A DNA stretch of 64,000 bases from Candidatus Omnitrophota bacterium. Lineage in GTDB: Bacteria > Omnitrophota > Gorgyraeia > Gygaellales > Profunditerraquicolaceae. Location of the stretch: contig QZKH01000003.1 of the NCBI GenBank assembly GCA_003598025.1, positions 311,218 to 375,217 on the forward strand, written 5' to 3'. Numbering within the stretch: position 1 is the stretch's first letter; every line of letters starts with the position of its first letter. Made by a program: the position numbers and the translations under genes. Positions 19,448 to 29,023 of the stretch are shown piece after piece. Below the pieces are notes generated by a model, which made no database searches, was not told the DNA's origin, and saw only the letters and a program-made list of their open reading frames with translations.

Positions 19448-20155
19448 TTATCTGTTTTTAATGTTTAAATTGATATACAGGCGGACTAAATCCCTTAAGG
19501 TGCAACATGCCCTTTTAAAGAAACCATACCTGGTAGGCCTGATTTCAGCGACTTCAACAGGCAATTCCACTATCGAAAGTCCGGCTCTTTGCGCCCGGAT
19601 CATAAGCTCGGTATCAAATAACTCTTTCTCTAAAACGCACTTATCGATAAACAAGTTTACCTTCTGGCTACTGATAACCTTGATACCATGGGTATCTGTC
19701 CCCTTATACCTGAATGTAACTTTAATCAGAATGTTTAAAAGCATGGTAATAAATTTACGGGTAAACGGCCTATTATCGCGGGAACCTGACAGGACTTTTG
19801 AACCGACGATAAAGTCATTATTCTTTAAAAGCTGCAACGATTCTTTTAAAAATTTTATATCCCAAAAATCGATATTAAAAATGGCTATATTCATGCCTGA
19901 TGCATTTTTAATCCCGGCCTTTAAGGCCTTGCCGTAATTAGACTCAGGCAGGCTGATCAAGCGAAACTCCCGCGGATATGCTTTTTGAAGCGACCTGCAG
20001 ATATTCAGGGTATTATCAGAGCTGCCGTTTTCGATTATTATCACCTCAAAATCTTCTATATTTCCTGCTTTGGCCTCTTGTATAATGGTTGACACTGAAG
20101 ATTCAATATACTTCTCTTCGTTATATGCAGGGATGACAATGGAAAGTTTATTCAT
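19448..20155 (-). CDS. GT2, DPM1-like polyprenyl-phosphate sugar synthase
   Basis: LSIVIPAYNEE, a DxD region and GTDTHGIK are typical of dolichyl/undecaprenyl-phosphate glycosyl synthases. Confidence 0.8.
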   Translation of the reverse strand: MNKLSIVIPAYNEEKYIESSVSTIIQEAKAGNIEDFEVIIIENGSSDNTLNICRSLQKAYPREFRLISLPESNYGKALKAGIKNASGMNIAIFNIDFWDIKFLKESLQLLKNNDFIVGSKVLSGSRDNRPFTRKFITMLLNILIKVTFRYKGTDTHGIKVISSQKVNLFIDKCVLEKELFDTELMIRAQRAGLSIVELPVEVAEIRPTRYGFFKRACCTLRDLVRLYINLNIKNR

Positions 20156-21501
20156 CTTTCTTGCTCGCCAGTGTTGGTTTGAGAATAATTATAAAAAACT
20201 AGGCCCAATGCAATAAAAAACCAAAAATGCCTCATAGTCAAGATGTCTATATAAAAAGCATTGATAAGAATGCCCGACATTCCGGCCATATAACATACAA
20301 CCAAAGTCTTTATCTGAGCACCGGGATGCTCGGATAATGCCCACATCTTCCTTAAATATAGAATTATTAAAAACATCACTGCCAGCAACCCCAAGGCACC
20401 TGTCTCTGCAGCCCATCCAAGATAGGTAGAATGCGGATCGCTCTTTCCATGCCAGGTTTGCTGGTTTCTGTAAAAATGCGACAGAAGGACATCTTTTCTC
20501 TGCCAATCAACATAATCTATGACTTTTTCGTTAAACATACCTATTCCTACACCGGTAATAGGATGGTCCTTGAACATCCTTGCCGCAGCATCAAATAAAT
20601 GCATATAAAGAGACGCGGGATAATGGACTTTTAGGCTGAATGACATTTCATTCTGGTTGATTGTATAGTTTACCGGCACAACAACCCATAACGTTATAGC
20701 GGCAGACCAGAGAATAACAAACACAAGAAGCACAAACACAGAATACCTAAGGACAGAATAAATAACTTTGCCTCTTAATTTTAACAATATCAGGAATATT
20801 GAGACAATTATACCCAAAAGCGGGCGGGAAGCCGTAAGTAACGAAACAATAAAAAACATTATTATTGCTATAGCAAGAAATACCCTCTTCTTGCCTTTTG
20901 GTTCTTCGATAAATCTTATAAAAGCGAAAATTATGCTAATATGTAAATACGATGCAAGCATACTTCCCATCCTAAACGTTGAATGTATTCTCGGAAAAGG
21001 CAATACTGAAGTCAAACCCGGTTGAGGAGCAAGAAGAAATACGGCTCTTTTAAAAAACAACCAATCCAAAATCGCAAGCATTCCGATTGAAGATACAAAA
21101 AAAGCAGTATAGACCCATATATCCATAATAAAATAGGCACTCTTCTTTCCGCTTATCATGATACTGACAAAATAAACCATTAATAACAAATACAAAATCC
21201 CCGATAACTCCAAGAGACTGGCTGTTTTCAATTCCGCATTAATAGAGGATATTGAAAAGGCTGCTGCAATGAGGATTATGGGCAATGTTAAAAAATTGTT
21301 TTTTAGCCGGTATTTCTTTTTGATCAACCCGATAAACCAGACAATTATCATCAACAAAAAAATTATTTCTGAGAACTGTACCTTTTGGGAAATAAACGGT
21401 AAATCAGGGACTCTCATGACTGGGATAAGCGCGACGTAAAAACAGATTAATTTCTCAATAAGGGTTAAGTCTTTGAATCTCTCTATTATCTTCATAGCCA
21501 C
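20152..21501 (-). CDS. O-antigen ligase / Wzy_C family polytopic membrane protein (second copy)
   Basis: 449 aa with many TM helices. A DPHSTYLGWAAETGALGL motif resembles the Wzy_C loop. Confidence 0.6.
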   Translation of the reverse strand: MAMKIIERFKDLTLIEKLICFYVALIPVMRVPDLPFISQKVQFSEIIFLLMIIVWFIGLIKKKYRLKNNFLTLPIILIAAAFSISSINAELKTASLLELSGILYLLLMVYFVSIMISGKKSAYFIMDIWVYTAFFVSSIGMLAILDWLFFKRAVFLLAPQPGLTSVLPFPRIHSTFRMGSMLASYLHISIIFAFIRFIEEPKGKKRVFLAIAIIMFFIVSLLTASRPLLGIIVSIFLILLKLRGKVIYSVLRYSVFVLLVFVILWSAAITLWVVVPVNYTINQNEMSFSLKVHYPASLYMHLFDAAARMFKDHPITGVGIGMFNEKVIDYVDWQRKDVLLSHFYRNQQTWHGKSDPHSTYLGWAAETGALGLLAVMFLIILYLRKMWALSEHPGAQIKTLVVCYMAGMSGILINAFYIDILTMRHFWFFIALGLVFYNYSQTNTGEQER

Positions 21502-21502
21502 C

Positions 21503-22678
21503 TCAGAATAGGTCTAAATCTGAATCAAAAAAACTGATAAACCAATTATTATTATCGCTTACAAGATGCAGTAAATCGCTTTCAAGGGAAAGATTAAATG
21601 CCATCAGCCGCGTGCTTGACTTTACATTAATGAATCCAAAGCGCTTAAGAAAATGGGCTGCGCCGTTATTAAGCATATTACATCTTATCAAATCTAATTT
21701 TTCAGAATATGAAAAATAGTCGATTGCATACTTAATGAGTGCCCCATATATGTTATTATCATCCGGATCTGCAAACATATCCATAATAATTCCCGTATTA
21801 AATCCCCTGCTTTTTCCTTTACGTAGCACCATATAACCCTTTGGCTTACTTTCCTTAGCTGGAGTAACTTTAAATACGGAATATTCCCAATACGGCTGCT
21901 TAAATATACGCCAATTAAGCATATCGGAGCTCCTTTTGGCGATAACTTTGAAATTTTTGCTTACCCTTAACCAAAAATCATCAAATTCACTATTAAATTC
22001 GTTTACGGGCGAGATTTTGTAATTTTGCTTATAGAACCTGTCTCTTCCTGAATAACTAAAAATTTTATAGAACAGGCTGATAAACAGATCCGGCAATATA
22101 CATAATACTTTAGAAATCCGGTTAGCTCCTATTATTTTCTCTAGCAGAGGGTTAATCCGGTTTAATCTTGCATACAGCGGGATTAATCCCAAATCAATAA
22201 AACCGAGCTTTTGATAAACAGGGTAAACATAATCATTCAGTCCGGCTACGAGAAATAACTTATAATCTTGCTTCAGTTCATTAATTACACCCTGGAGTAA
22301 AAAAGGGCCTATTCCCAGCTTCCTGTATTGAGGCAAAACTACCAGGCCTCGGCCCCAGGCACACAATAAATCTTTTTCTCCTGTCTTAAGGTAAAACGGC
22401 ATAATACCAATGTGGCCAACTATCTGGCCGGTATCAGCCTTTCGGCAGATCCAGACAGGATAACCTTTTCTATTAGCAGGATTATTAAGATTAGCCCAGT
22501 GCAGACGTTTTATTACCTGGCCGTGGTTACGATAATATTGTGCATTAAACTGATCAGAGTAAGCAGACTCTAAGAATGCTGCCAGCTCTTCATCAGGGAC
22601 ATTTGCAGCATTCTCAAGCTTAAAGTTTCTGCTTACTCTTTGAATCACTTTATCCAATTTCAAATCTGGTCCGCTCAT
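21503..22678 (-). CDS. GNAT-fold acyl/acetyltransferase (large, EPS-locus type)
   Basis: 391 aa. GLVVLPQYRKLGIGPFLL resembles the GNAT motif A (Q/RxxGxG/A). Confidence 0.55.
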   Translation of the reverse strand: MSGPDLKLDKVIQRVSRNFKLENAANVPDEELAAFLESAYSDQFNAQYYRNHGQVIKRLHWANLNNPANRKGYPVWICRKADTGQIVGHIGIMPFYLKTGEKDLLCAWGRGLVVLPQYRKLGIGPFLLQGVINELKQDYKLFLVAGLNDYVYPVYQKLGFIDLGLIPLYARLNRINPLLEKIIGANRISKVLCILPDLFISLFYKIFSYSGRDRFYKQNYKISPVNEFNSEFDDFWLRVSKNFKVIAKRSSDMLNWRIFKQPYWEYSVFKVTPAKESKPKGYMVLRKGKSRGFNTGIIMDMFADPDDNNIYGALIKYAIDYFSYSEKLDLIRCNMLNNGAAHFLKRFGFINVKSSTRLMAFNLSLESDLLHLVSDNNNWFISFFDSDLDLF

Positions 22679-23667
22679 TTGCCAATTTTAAATATCGCGC
22701 ATAGATTATCATAAAATACATCTGCGAGCTTTTCTACACCGCTTTCAGAATAATGCACTAAATCAATGAAATACTCAGGGTTCTCGTTCAAAGCCGAAAA
22801 ACTGTCTACATAAATACATCCTGTTTTACTGGCTACATCTTTAATGACTGCATTATATTCAATAAAATCATTTTTGTTTATATATGAAAAATTATTTTTA
22901 CCGAAACACGCAGCCTGTGATGCCAGTATAGGTATTATGCCGTTTTGCCTGGCGACAGCAACGATATTCATTAAATTATTCCTGAAAATATCTTTGCCGT
23001 AAACGATGTCAACATCTTCGGCTTTACTTTGCATCTGCTTGTCAAATAAAGAGTAACTAATGCTGGCCAGAATATAAGAAATAAGCTTGGACTTAAATAA
23101 CACCCTATAAAAACCTATTTTACACTCAGGAGCCAAAAATAAATTATTCATATATTTATTGGCATAATCAGAAGTTATTTTTTTGCCGAAATAATTAGCT
23201 GAAAGGTCGTTGATATTATGATAAACGATAATATACGCTGGATGGTAATAAATCAGCCTCAATTCAAAGTTGACTAAGCTGTGTGCGCTGGAAAAAGCAT
23301 CTGCTGCGGCATTTAAAACTTCAAATTTTATACCCTTAGTATTACTATTTAACTTATTTTCCAGTAATTGTGGATAATCAATCTTTGTCGAAACGTTAGC
23401 AGTTGTTGAGCCCCCAAGGCAGATTATCCTTATTACACCGGGAGCAGGCGTTCTTGCTGCGGGTTTGCCTCTGCGGAAATACCCTATTCCGTCCTTCTCA
23501 AGCGGAAGAGGTGGATCATAGACAGTAAACCAAGGGCTGACGAACCTGCGCTCTCTAAAGAACCCCTTACCTTGGGAAAAAAGCAAAAAACGCACTGAAA
23601 CCTCGCAAATCACAAAAAAACTGATTACTATAATAATGATAAAAATGTTCTTTTTATATTTCATCAA
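22675..23667 (-). CDS. membrane-anchored SGNH/GDSL-family hydrolase (candidate glycan O-acyl esterase/transferase)
   Basis: There is an N-terminal TM segment. ICLGGSTTAN is block I with the Ser nucleophile, and DLVHYSESG is the DxxH catalytic block. Confidence 0.6.
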   Translation of the reverse strand: MMKYKKNIFIIIIVISFFVICEVSVRFLLFSQGKGFFRERRFVSPWFTVYDPPLPLEKDGIGYFRRGKPAARTPAPGVIRIICLGGSTTANVSTKIDYPQLLENKLNSNTKGIKFEVLNAAADAFSSAHSLVNFELRLIYYHPAYIIVYHNINDLSANYFGKKITSDYANKYMNNLFLAPECKIGFYRVLFKSKLISYILASISYSLFDKQMQSKAEDVDIVYGKDIFRNNLMNIVAVARQNGIIPILASQAACFGKNNFSYINKNDFIEYNAVIKDVASKTGCIYVDSFSALNENPEYFIDLVHYSESGVEKLADVFYDNLCAIFKIGK

Positions 23668-24946
23668 CCCCTCCTAAAGAAAGTTCGTAGCCTTCTGCCC
23701 TGAATATGTCCTTGTTACGGTAACTGGCAATAAAACATACCAATGTTGCCGCTGACTCGGATATAAGCGTAGAGAAAATCGCGCCTTTGATTCCAAACAG
23801 CGGGATAAAATGGAAATTAAGCAGAATATTCGCCAATACAGCTATAAAATAAACTATGAGAACAAAATCCTGTCTACCGACGGCAAAAAGCGCTTTTTCA
23901 ACGATTGGCTTGAGCATATAAGGCAGCAGGACTAACGATAAGATAAACATATATTGCGAGGCGTCTTTAAAATCTGGGCCGTAGATGATATTCAAAATAT
24001 TGCTACCAAAGAAATAAAAAGTTAAAATCAGGCCTAAAGCTAAAGCTGATAGTATATAGACGGTTTTTAAAAGAATATTCTTTATGCCTTCTTTGGCTCC
24101 GGTGAGCCTTGAGAAAAGAGGCAAATAGACTGCCGCCAGGGTAACAGATATAAGCATGAATTGCTCAATAATCTTGCCATTGGCATTAAACAGCCCGGAA
24201 GAAACATCACCTTTAAGATAAGAGAGCATGATTATATCTATCCTAAAGGCAAGGAAACTGAATATGTATATCAAAGCAAAAGGAAACGCCGACCTTATCA
24301 GATATAAACACAGGCCTCTATCAAAAGAAAATTTAAGCCTTTTGTTAGTAACAAAGCATATAAAAGAGTTTATGGAAAAATTTAGCAAACTGACTAAGAG
24401 TAAAGCAAAAGATATAATAATTATACCTGTTGAAAAATCACCCAGCTTGATAAAAAGTATCAGCGAAATTAACTTCATCGCTGATTCAAGGACCATGAGT
24501 GCTGCCTCGATCTCCATTTTATCCCTTATGCGGAATATGGACCTGTAGAAATAAACGAAAGAATCCAGAACAACAGATACGCCAAGCACCATTATTACTG
24601 CTATTTTCTGGCGGGCAAAAGGCAGGCTTAATGCCAGAATGAATATCGCCAGTATATTCAGCAAACCGATACCTGTTTTTAATACAAGTATGTTTCCGAC
24701 ATACTTATTTATATCTTCCCTTTTTTTTGATATATCTCTTACAAAAAGGTCAACAAAACCAAAATCAGCCAGAAAAAGAAACCCCCAGACAAATGACAGT
24801 GCAAAAGATATCTGACCGAAACCCTCAACGCCCAGATACCTGGCAATGATTATCATGCTGATAAAAGTCATTGCTTTATAAGCAAATTGCGCCAGGATCA
24901 GGCTTGAAAAATTCTTAAAAATCGAATTAATGATATTTCTTTTCAT
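23654..24946 (-). CDS. Wzx-type oligosaccharide flippase (MOP superfamily polysaccharide biosynthesis protein)
   Basis: About 12 TM helices. The start is set at the internal Met, which abuts the asnB-like stop. The longer ORF extends to 25039. Confidence 0.65.
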   Translation of the reverse strand: MKRNIINSIFKNFSSLILAQFAYKAMTFISMIIIARYLGVEGFGQISFALSFVWGFLFLADFGFVDLFVRDISKKREDINKYVGNILVLKTGIGLLNILAIFILALSLPFARQKIAVIMVLGVSVVLDSFVYFYRSIFRIRDKMEIEAALMVLESAMKLISLILFIKLGDFSTGIIIISFALLLVSLLNFSINSFICFVTNKRLKFSFDRGLCLYLIRSAFPFALIYIFSFLAFRIDIIMLSYLKGDVSSGLFNANGKIIEQFMLISVTLAAVYLPLFSRLTGAKEGIKNILLKTVYILSALALGLILTFYFFGSNILNIIYGPDFKDASQYMFILSLVLLPYMLKPIVEKALFAVGRQDFVLIVYFIAVLANILLNFHFIPLFGIKGAIFSTLISESAATLVCFIASYRNKDIFRAEGYELSLGGVDEI

Positions 24947-24947
24947 A

Positions 24948-26837
24948 TCAATCAATGAATTTGCGGTGCCACAGCTCCAGGACCAGGAGTGACCATAGTT
25001 GAAACGAATAATCTTTCCGTAATCCGATATGGTCTTCAACCAGCTTCTTTACGATACCCGCGTTAAAGTATCCCCTTCTCAGTGTTTTTGGTTCAAGAAG
25101 CGTATCGCGTATATATTCTTTTAACTCATTCCTGAACCATCTTCCAATCGGCACGCCGAACCCCATCTTCCTCCTATATACATTTCTATCAGGAACGATC
25201 CCCTTAATTGCTTTTTTTAGTATATATTTCCTTATCCCGTTCTTTATTTTGTATGATGACGGAAGCCTGGCAGCAAACTCCATAAATTTATGATCAAGAA
25301 AAGGAGACCTCGCTTCTAAAGAATTAGCCATACTGGCAATATCCACCTTTACCAAAAGGTCCTCAGGCAGATAAGTATGCACATCGGCATTAAGCAGCGA
25401 ATCAAGTAAGCCGTCTGAAGCTTCATTAAAAAAGGATGATATATAAGAGCCGGCCTTATCTTCTTTTAACGCACTTTTAAATTCTGCAGAGTATAAAGCA
25501 TTCTTAAGCTCCCCGTAAAATATGCTTATCCACCGGATATAACGTTTTTCTTTCTCAATAAATGCCGCATCAAAAAATCTCTTAATGTTCCTCAGCCTGT
25601 TTTTTGGCTCAATAGAATCAGGTATAAATCCTGAAGAAAATTTGATTGCCCGCTTTAAGAGAGGCGGAAGGTTATACATGGATTCAGCAATCAGCATCGC
25701 ATGATAACGCTCATAGCCTGCGAATGACTCATCTCCTCCATCACCGTTTAAAGCAACAGTAACATGACTGCGCGTTTCTTTGGAAACATAATAAGTCGGC
25801 AAAGCGGAAGAATCTGCATACGGCTGCCCATACCTTGAGATTAAAAGCGGCAAAACGCCTAAAGCGTCAGGTTTTACCATAAACTCATGGTGTTCAGTCC
25901 CATATATGCGCGATATTTCCCTGGCAAAGGTCAGCTCGCTGTAATCGCTATCCTCAAAACCTATTGAAAAGGTCTTAACTTGCTGCCTTGAGACCTTGCT
26001 CATAATGGCGACAATCGTGCTAGAATCAATGCCTCCGCTCAAAAATGCACCCAATGGGACATCGCTATGCAGCCTAATTTTAACAGCTTCTTCAAGTAAA
26101 TTTAATACTTTCTCAACTGCTTCCTGCTGGCTGATTTTTAGCTTTGGCAAATAATCAAGGTCCCAATATCTGTCAACCCTGAGTTCATTATTATGCAAAG
26201 ACAGGGTATGCGCCGGCTTTAGCTGAAAGACATTTTTGTAAATCGTGTACGGCGAAGGTATATAACCAAAAGAAAGATAATAATCCAGACTATCTTTATT
26301 TATTTCCTTAGAAATAAACCCGCTTTCAAGTAAAGACTCCAATTCTGACGAAAATAAGAATCTGCTATCTTTGTGGCTGTAGAATAATGGTTTTTTCCCG
26401 AGCCTGTCGCGTGCAAGGAACAGTATTTTATTATTACTATCCCACAAAGCAAAAGCAAACATTCCACGTAGGCTCTTTACGCAATCCCTGCCTTTTTCTT
26501 CATATAAATGAATGACTACTTCAGTGTCGGTATTAGACCTGAATACGTGCCCCCTGGATTCTAATTCTGTGCGTAACTCAAGATAATTATAAATCTCTCC
26601 GTTTAAAATCAAGGAAATGCTGTTATCTTCATTTACCATCGGCTGATGCCCTGCGCTGGAAAGGTCAATAATGCTTAACCTGCGGTGCCCCAGGGTAATA
26701 TTAGGGCTTCCGGTTTGGGAAAATATCCCCTCGTCATCCGGGCCTCTATGTATCAACTTAGAACACATGCCTTTTATAATACGTCGGCTATCTGTATTCT
26801 GGGAATTATAGTCTAATAAACCGCATATCCCGCACAT
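24948..26837 (-). CDS. asparagine synthetase B-like glutamine amidotransferase (WbpS/AsnB family)
   Basis: The start is set at MCGICG, giving the N-terminal Cys nucleophile of class II GATases. SGGIDSS is the PP-loop of the synthetase domain. Confidence 0.85.
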   Translation of the reverse strand: MCGICGLLDYNSQNTDSRRIIKGMCSKLIHRGPDDEGIFSQTGSPNITLGHRRLSIIDLSSAGHQPMVNEDNSISLILNGEIYNYLELRTELESRGHVFRSNTDTEVVIHLYEEKGRDCVKSLRGMFAFALWDSNNKILFLARDRLGKKPLFYSHKDSRFLFSSELESLLESGFISKEINKDSLDYYLSFGYIPSPYTIYKNVFQLKPAHTLSLHNNELRVDRYWDLDYLPKLKISQQEAVEKVLNLLEEAVKIRLHSDVPLGAFLSGGIDSSTIVAIMSKVSRQQVKTFSIGFEDSDYSELTFAREISRIYGTEHHEFMVKPDALGVLPLLISRYGQPYADSSALPTYYVSKETRSHVTVALNGDGGDESFAGYERYHAMLIAESMYNLPPLLKRAIKFSSGFIPDSIEPKNRLRNIKRFFDAAFIEKEKRYIRWISIFYGELKNALYSAEFKSALKEDKAGSYISSFFNEASDGLLDSLLNADVHTYLPEDLLVKVDIASMANSLEARSPFLDHKFMEFAARLPSSYKIKNGIRKYILKKAIKGIVPDRNVYRRKMGFGVPIGRWFRNELKEYIRDTLLEPKTLRRGYFNAGIVKKLVEDHIGLRKDYSFQLWSLLVLELWHRKFID

Positions 26838-26839
26838 AA

Positions 26840-27955
26840 TCAGGCCTTTTCTACCTCCGCCGGAGAACAAACTTTTTCTACCAAATCACAAAATAACGGG
26901 GCATTAACATTAAGCGAGTACCTTAATATTACTTTTTCTCTGGCTTTTATACCGATCTTTCGGCGTAAATCGTGATCCTCAATCAGGCTTGATAATTTTT
27001 CAAACCATTCATTAAGGTTTTTTGCCAAAAGACCGTCAACCCCGTCATCAATAATCTCCTTATTTGCTCCCACAGAAGAACATACACAAGCGACACCTGT
27101 ACTCATATACAGTAATGCCTTAAACCCACATTTGCCCCGGCACCATAAATCATCGTTTAAAGGCATAATGCCTATATCAAAATCACGCAGATCATCTGCT
27201 TCGCGTTCAATCTGCCAATCCCTGTATTCAAACATAGCATTACTATTCTTTTGGCCGCTTGCGCCTATAATCCTGAACACAAGTTTATCCTTAAACTTAA
27301 GAAACAGCTGCTTAAAAACCGGCTCTAAAGGATATAAATACTGCTCAGTAGTCGGGCTGCCCATCCATCCTACGATAACTTTTTCCCTCTGACGGGTATG
27401 CGGCGCCGGACAAAAATACTCGGTATCTACAGGAGTCGGGATCACAGTAACATTCGGATTAAAACGTTGAGCATATTCTTTTAAAAACATGTTACCGGCT
27501 ATTACTTCTTTACTAAGCGAAATGATCTTTGAGGCATTGTTATTGTTGCGGAAAAGCTTTACCAGCTTGTTATTTGGGCTTGAGTTTGGCAAGAAAACAG
27601 CATCATCAAAATCGAATATTAGCGGTTTCCCCAGCAGATGCACCAGTTTTTCAAAGATAACCGGGCCTAAAGGCAGTGACTCACGGTATACGTAGACCGC
27701 ATCATATCTGAAAATTGACATGATATCTGCCAGCCTTCTTAACAGGCCTAGCATAAAAAAGAAAATCTTTCTTATGCTGCCCTTATCCTTATAAACTATC
27801 TTAAAAAAATAGCTCGACATGAAGGGGCTTATGAAGCCGTCAATTTGCCGCTCTTTAAGATATGGTAAATACTGCCATATCCTGAACCTGCAGCCCGCTC
27901 CTTCATAAGGCACCGGACTTATAAATATGATTTTCTTCCTATGGCTTTTGGCCAT
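26840..27955 (-). CDS. GT-B (GT4-like) glycosyltransferase
   Basis: The C-terminal domain has FEYRDWQIEREADDL...GIMPL and LLAKN. The start is placed at internal MAKSHRKKIIFIS. The longer ORF extends to 28126. Confidence 0.6.
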   Translation of the reverse strand: MAKSHRKKIIFISPVPYEGAGCRFRIWQYLPYLKERQIDGFISPFMSSYFFKIVYKDKGSIRKIFFFMLGLLRRLADIMSIFRYDAVYVYRESLPLGPVIFEKLVHLLGKPLIFDFDDAVFLPNSSPNNKLVKLFRNNNNASKIISLSKEVIAGNMFLKEYAQRFNPNVTVIPTPVDTEYFCPAPHTRQREKVIVGWMGSPTTEQYLYPLEPVFKQLFLKFKDKLVFRIIGASGQKNSNAMFEYRDWQIEREADDLRDFDIGIMPLNDDLWCRGKCGFKALLYMSTGVACVCSSVGANKEIIDDGVDGLLAKNLNEWFEKLSSLIEDHDLRRKIGIKAREKVILRYSLNVNAPLFCDLVEKVCSPAEVEKA

Positions 27956-29018
27956 AAGCCCTCCACCCGTAATTCCCGGTCGGTGAAATTTTAATGTTTT
28001 CCAGCCCTGCCCTTTCGAACCATTCTTTAAGTACCCTGCCATTGTAATAAAAGCGGATTGGCGGCGATAACCTGTCGAACCAATCGGCATAAGCCACCTG
28101 AAACGGGTAATTAGAATAAAGAACAATCCTCTTTAATATTATCTTATCTATCAGGCTGCCTAATACTGGCATTCTTTTAAGGAAACGGTATGGCTGGATA
28201 AACAAGCCATAATCAATAATCGCAATTAAAAAACAAAATAACTTCAATAAGCTTAAGGGAAGTTTTGTCGTAACCATTCTTACGCACTCAAGCATGAAAT
28301 TAGTAAATTTACGGCTGTCACTGTAGACCCAGATAAAAATAGATCCGCCTGGCTTGACATATTCCGTAAGCAGCCTGAATGCCAGCTCCGGTTTCGGAAG
28401 ATGGTGCAAAACACCGATTGAATATACAAAATCAAAAGTATTCTTTTCAAAAGGAAGGTTGTAGATATCTGCCTGCACCAGATAAACATTATCAAGTCCT
28501 TTTACATTCCTATAAGTTGATTCTATCGCCCGGCTATAATCCAGGCCGACCATCCTTGCCCCGAATTTACTGGCATTAAATATATGCCTGCCGAACCCGC
28601 ATCCTGCGTCTAAGCCGAATTTTCCTTTAAAAAATCCTTTTCCCACCGGATAAATATAATTAAGGAAATTCTCTTCAAAATCACAGGCCATTTGGGAAAA
28701 TGTACTCCACTGATATCCAAAGCTCTGCTGTGTCTTTTCTTTTAAAGAAGCTTCTTTATCGCTGAAAGCCGGGCCGCAAGGTTCTCCGGTTTTATTTATG
28801 CCTATGGGGTTAAGCTTGTATTTACGGCAAAAATCCGGGAACAAAGAAAAAGAATCCTTAAATATCCTGGGGATAGATCCGATAATCGGATAAACCTGTC
28901 CGCATTCGCAAGAAAGCATGCCCTCAGAAATATCTTTATCAGAGCCGGAAAACAGCTTCGGCTTTAACTTTTTGTTACACACCGGGCATATTAAAAAATT
29001 CAGAAGTTCTTTTTCCAT
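27939..29018 (-). CDS. zinc-ribbon (Trm112-like) + class I SAM methyltransferase
   Basis: The N-terminus has CPVCNKKL...CECG. The methyltransferase part has LDAGCGFGRH (motif I) and IGVLHHLP. Confidence 0.75.
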   Translation of the reverse strand: MEKELLNFLICPVCNKKLKPKLFSGSDKDISEGMLSCECGQVYPIIGSIPRIFKDSFSLFPDFCRKYKLNPIGINKTGEPCGPAFSDKEASLKEKTQQSFGYQWSTFSQMACDFEENFLNYIYPVGKGFFKGKFGLDAGCGFGRHIFNASKFGARMVGLDYSRAIESTYRNVKGLDNVYLVQADIYNLPFEKNTFDFVYSIGVLHHLPKPELAFRLLTEYVKPGGSIFIWVYSDSRKFTNFMLECVRMVTTKLPLSLLKLFCFLIAIIDYGLFIQPYRFLKRMPVLGSLIDKIILKRIVLYSNYPFQVAYADWFDRLSPPIRFYYNGRVLKEWFERAGLENIKISPTGNYGWRAYGQKP

Positions 29019-29023
29019 TATAC

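Noticed and set aside
3747-28126. Long N-terminal extensions suggested by the ORF track for rfbB (to 4805), the Wzx gene (to 25039), asnB (to 26870) and the GT at 26840 (to 28126).
   Set aside because: In each case the extension overlaps the upstream gene by 30-170 nt and lacks family motifs. An internal Met restores a canonical 1-4 nt overlap and a canonical N-terminus (MCGICG for the amidotransferase, MSKNILITGAAGFIGS for RmlB).
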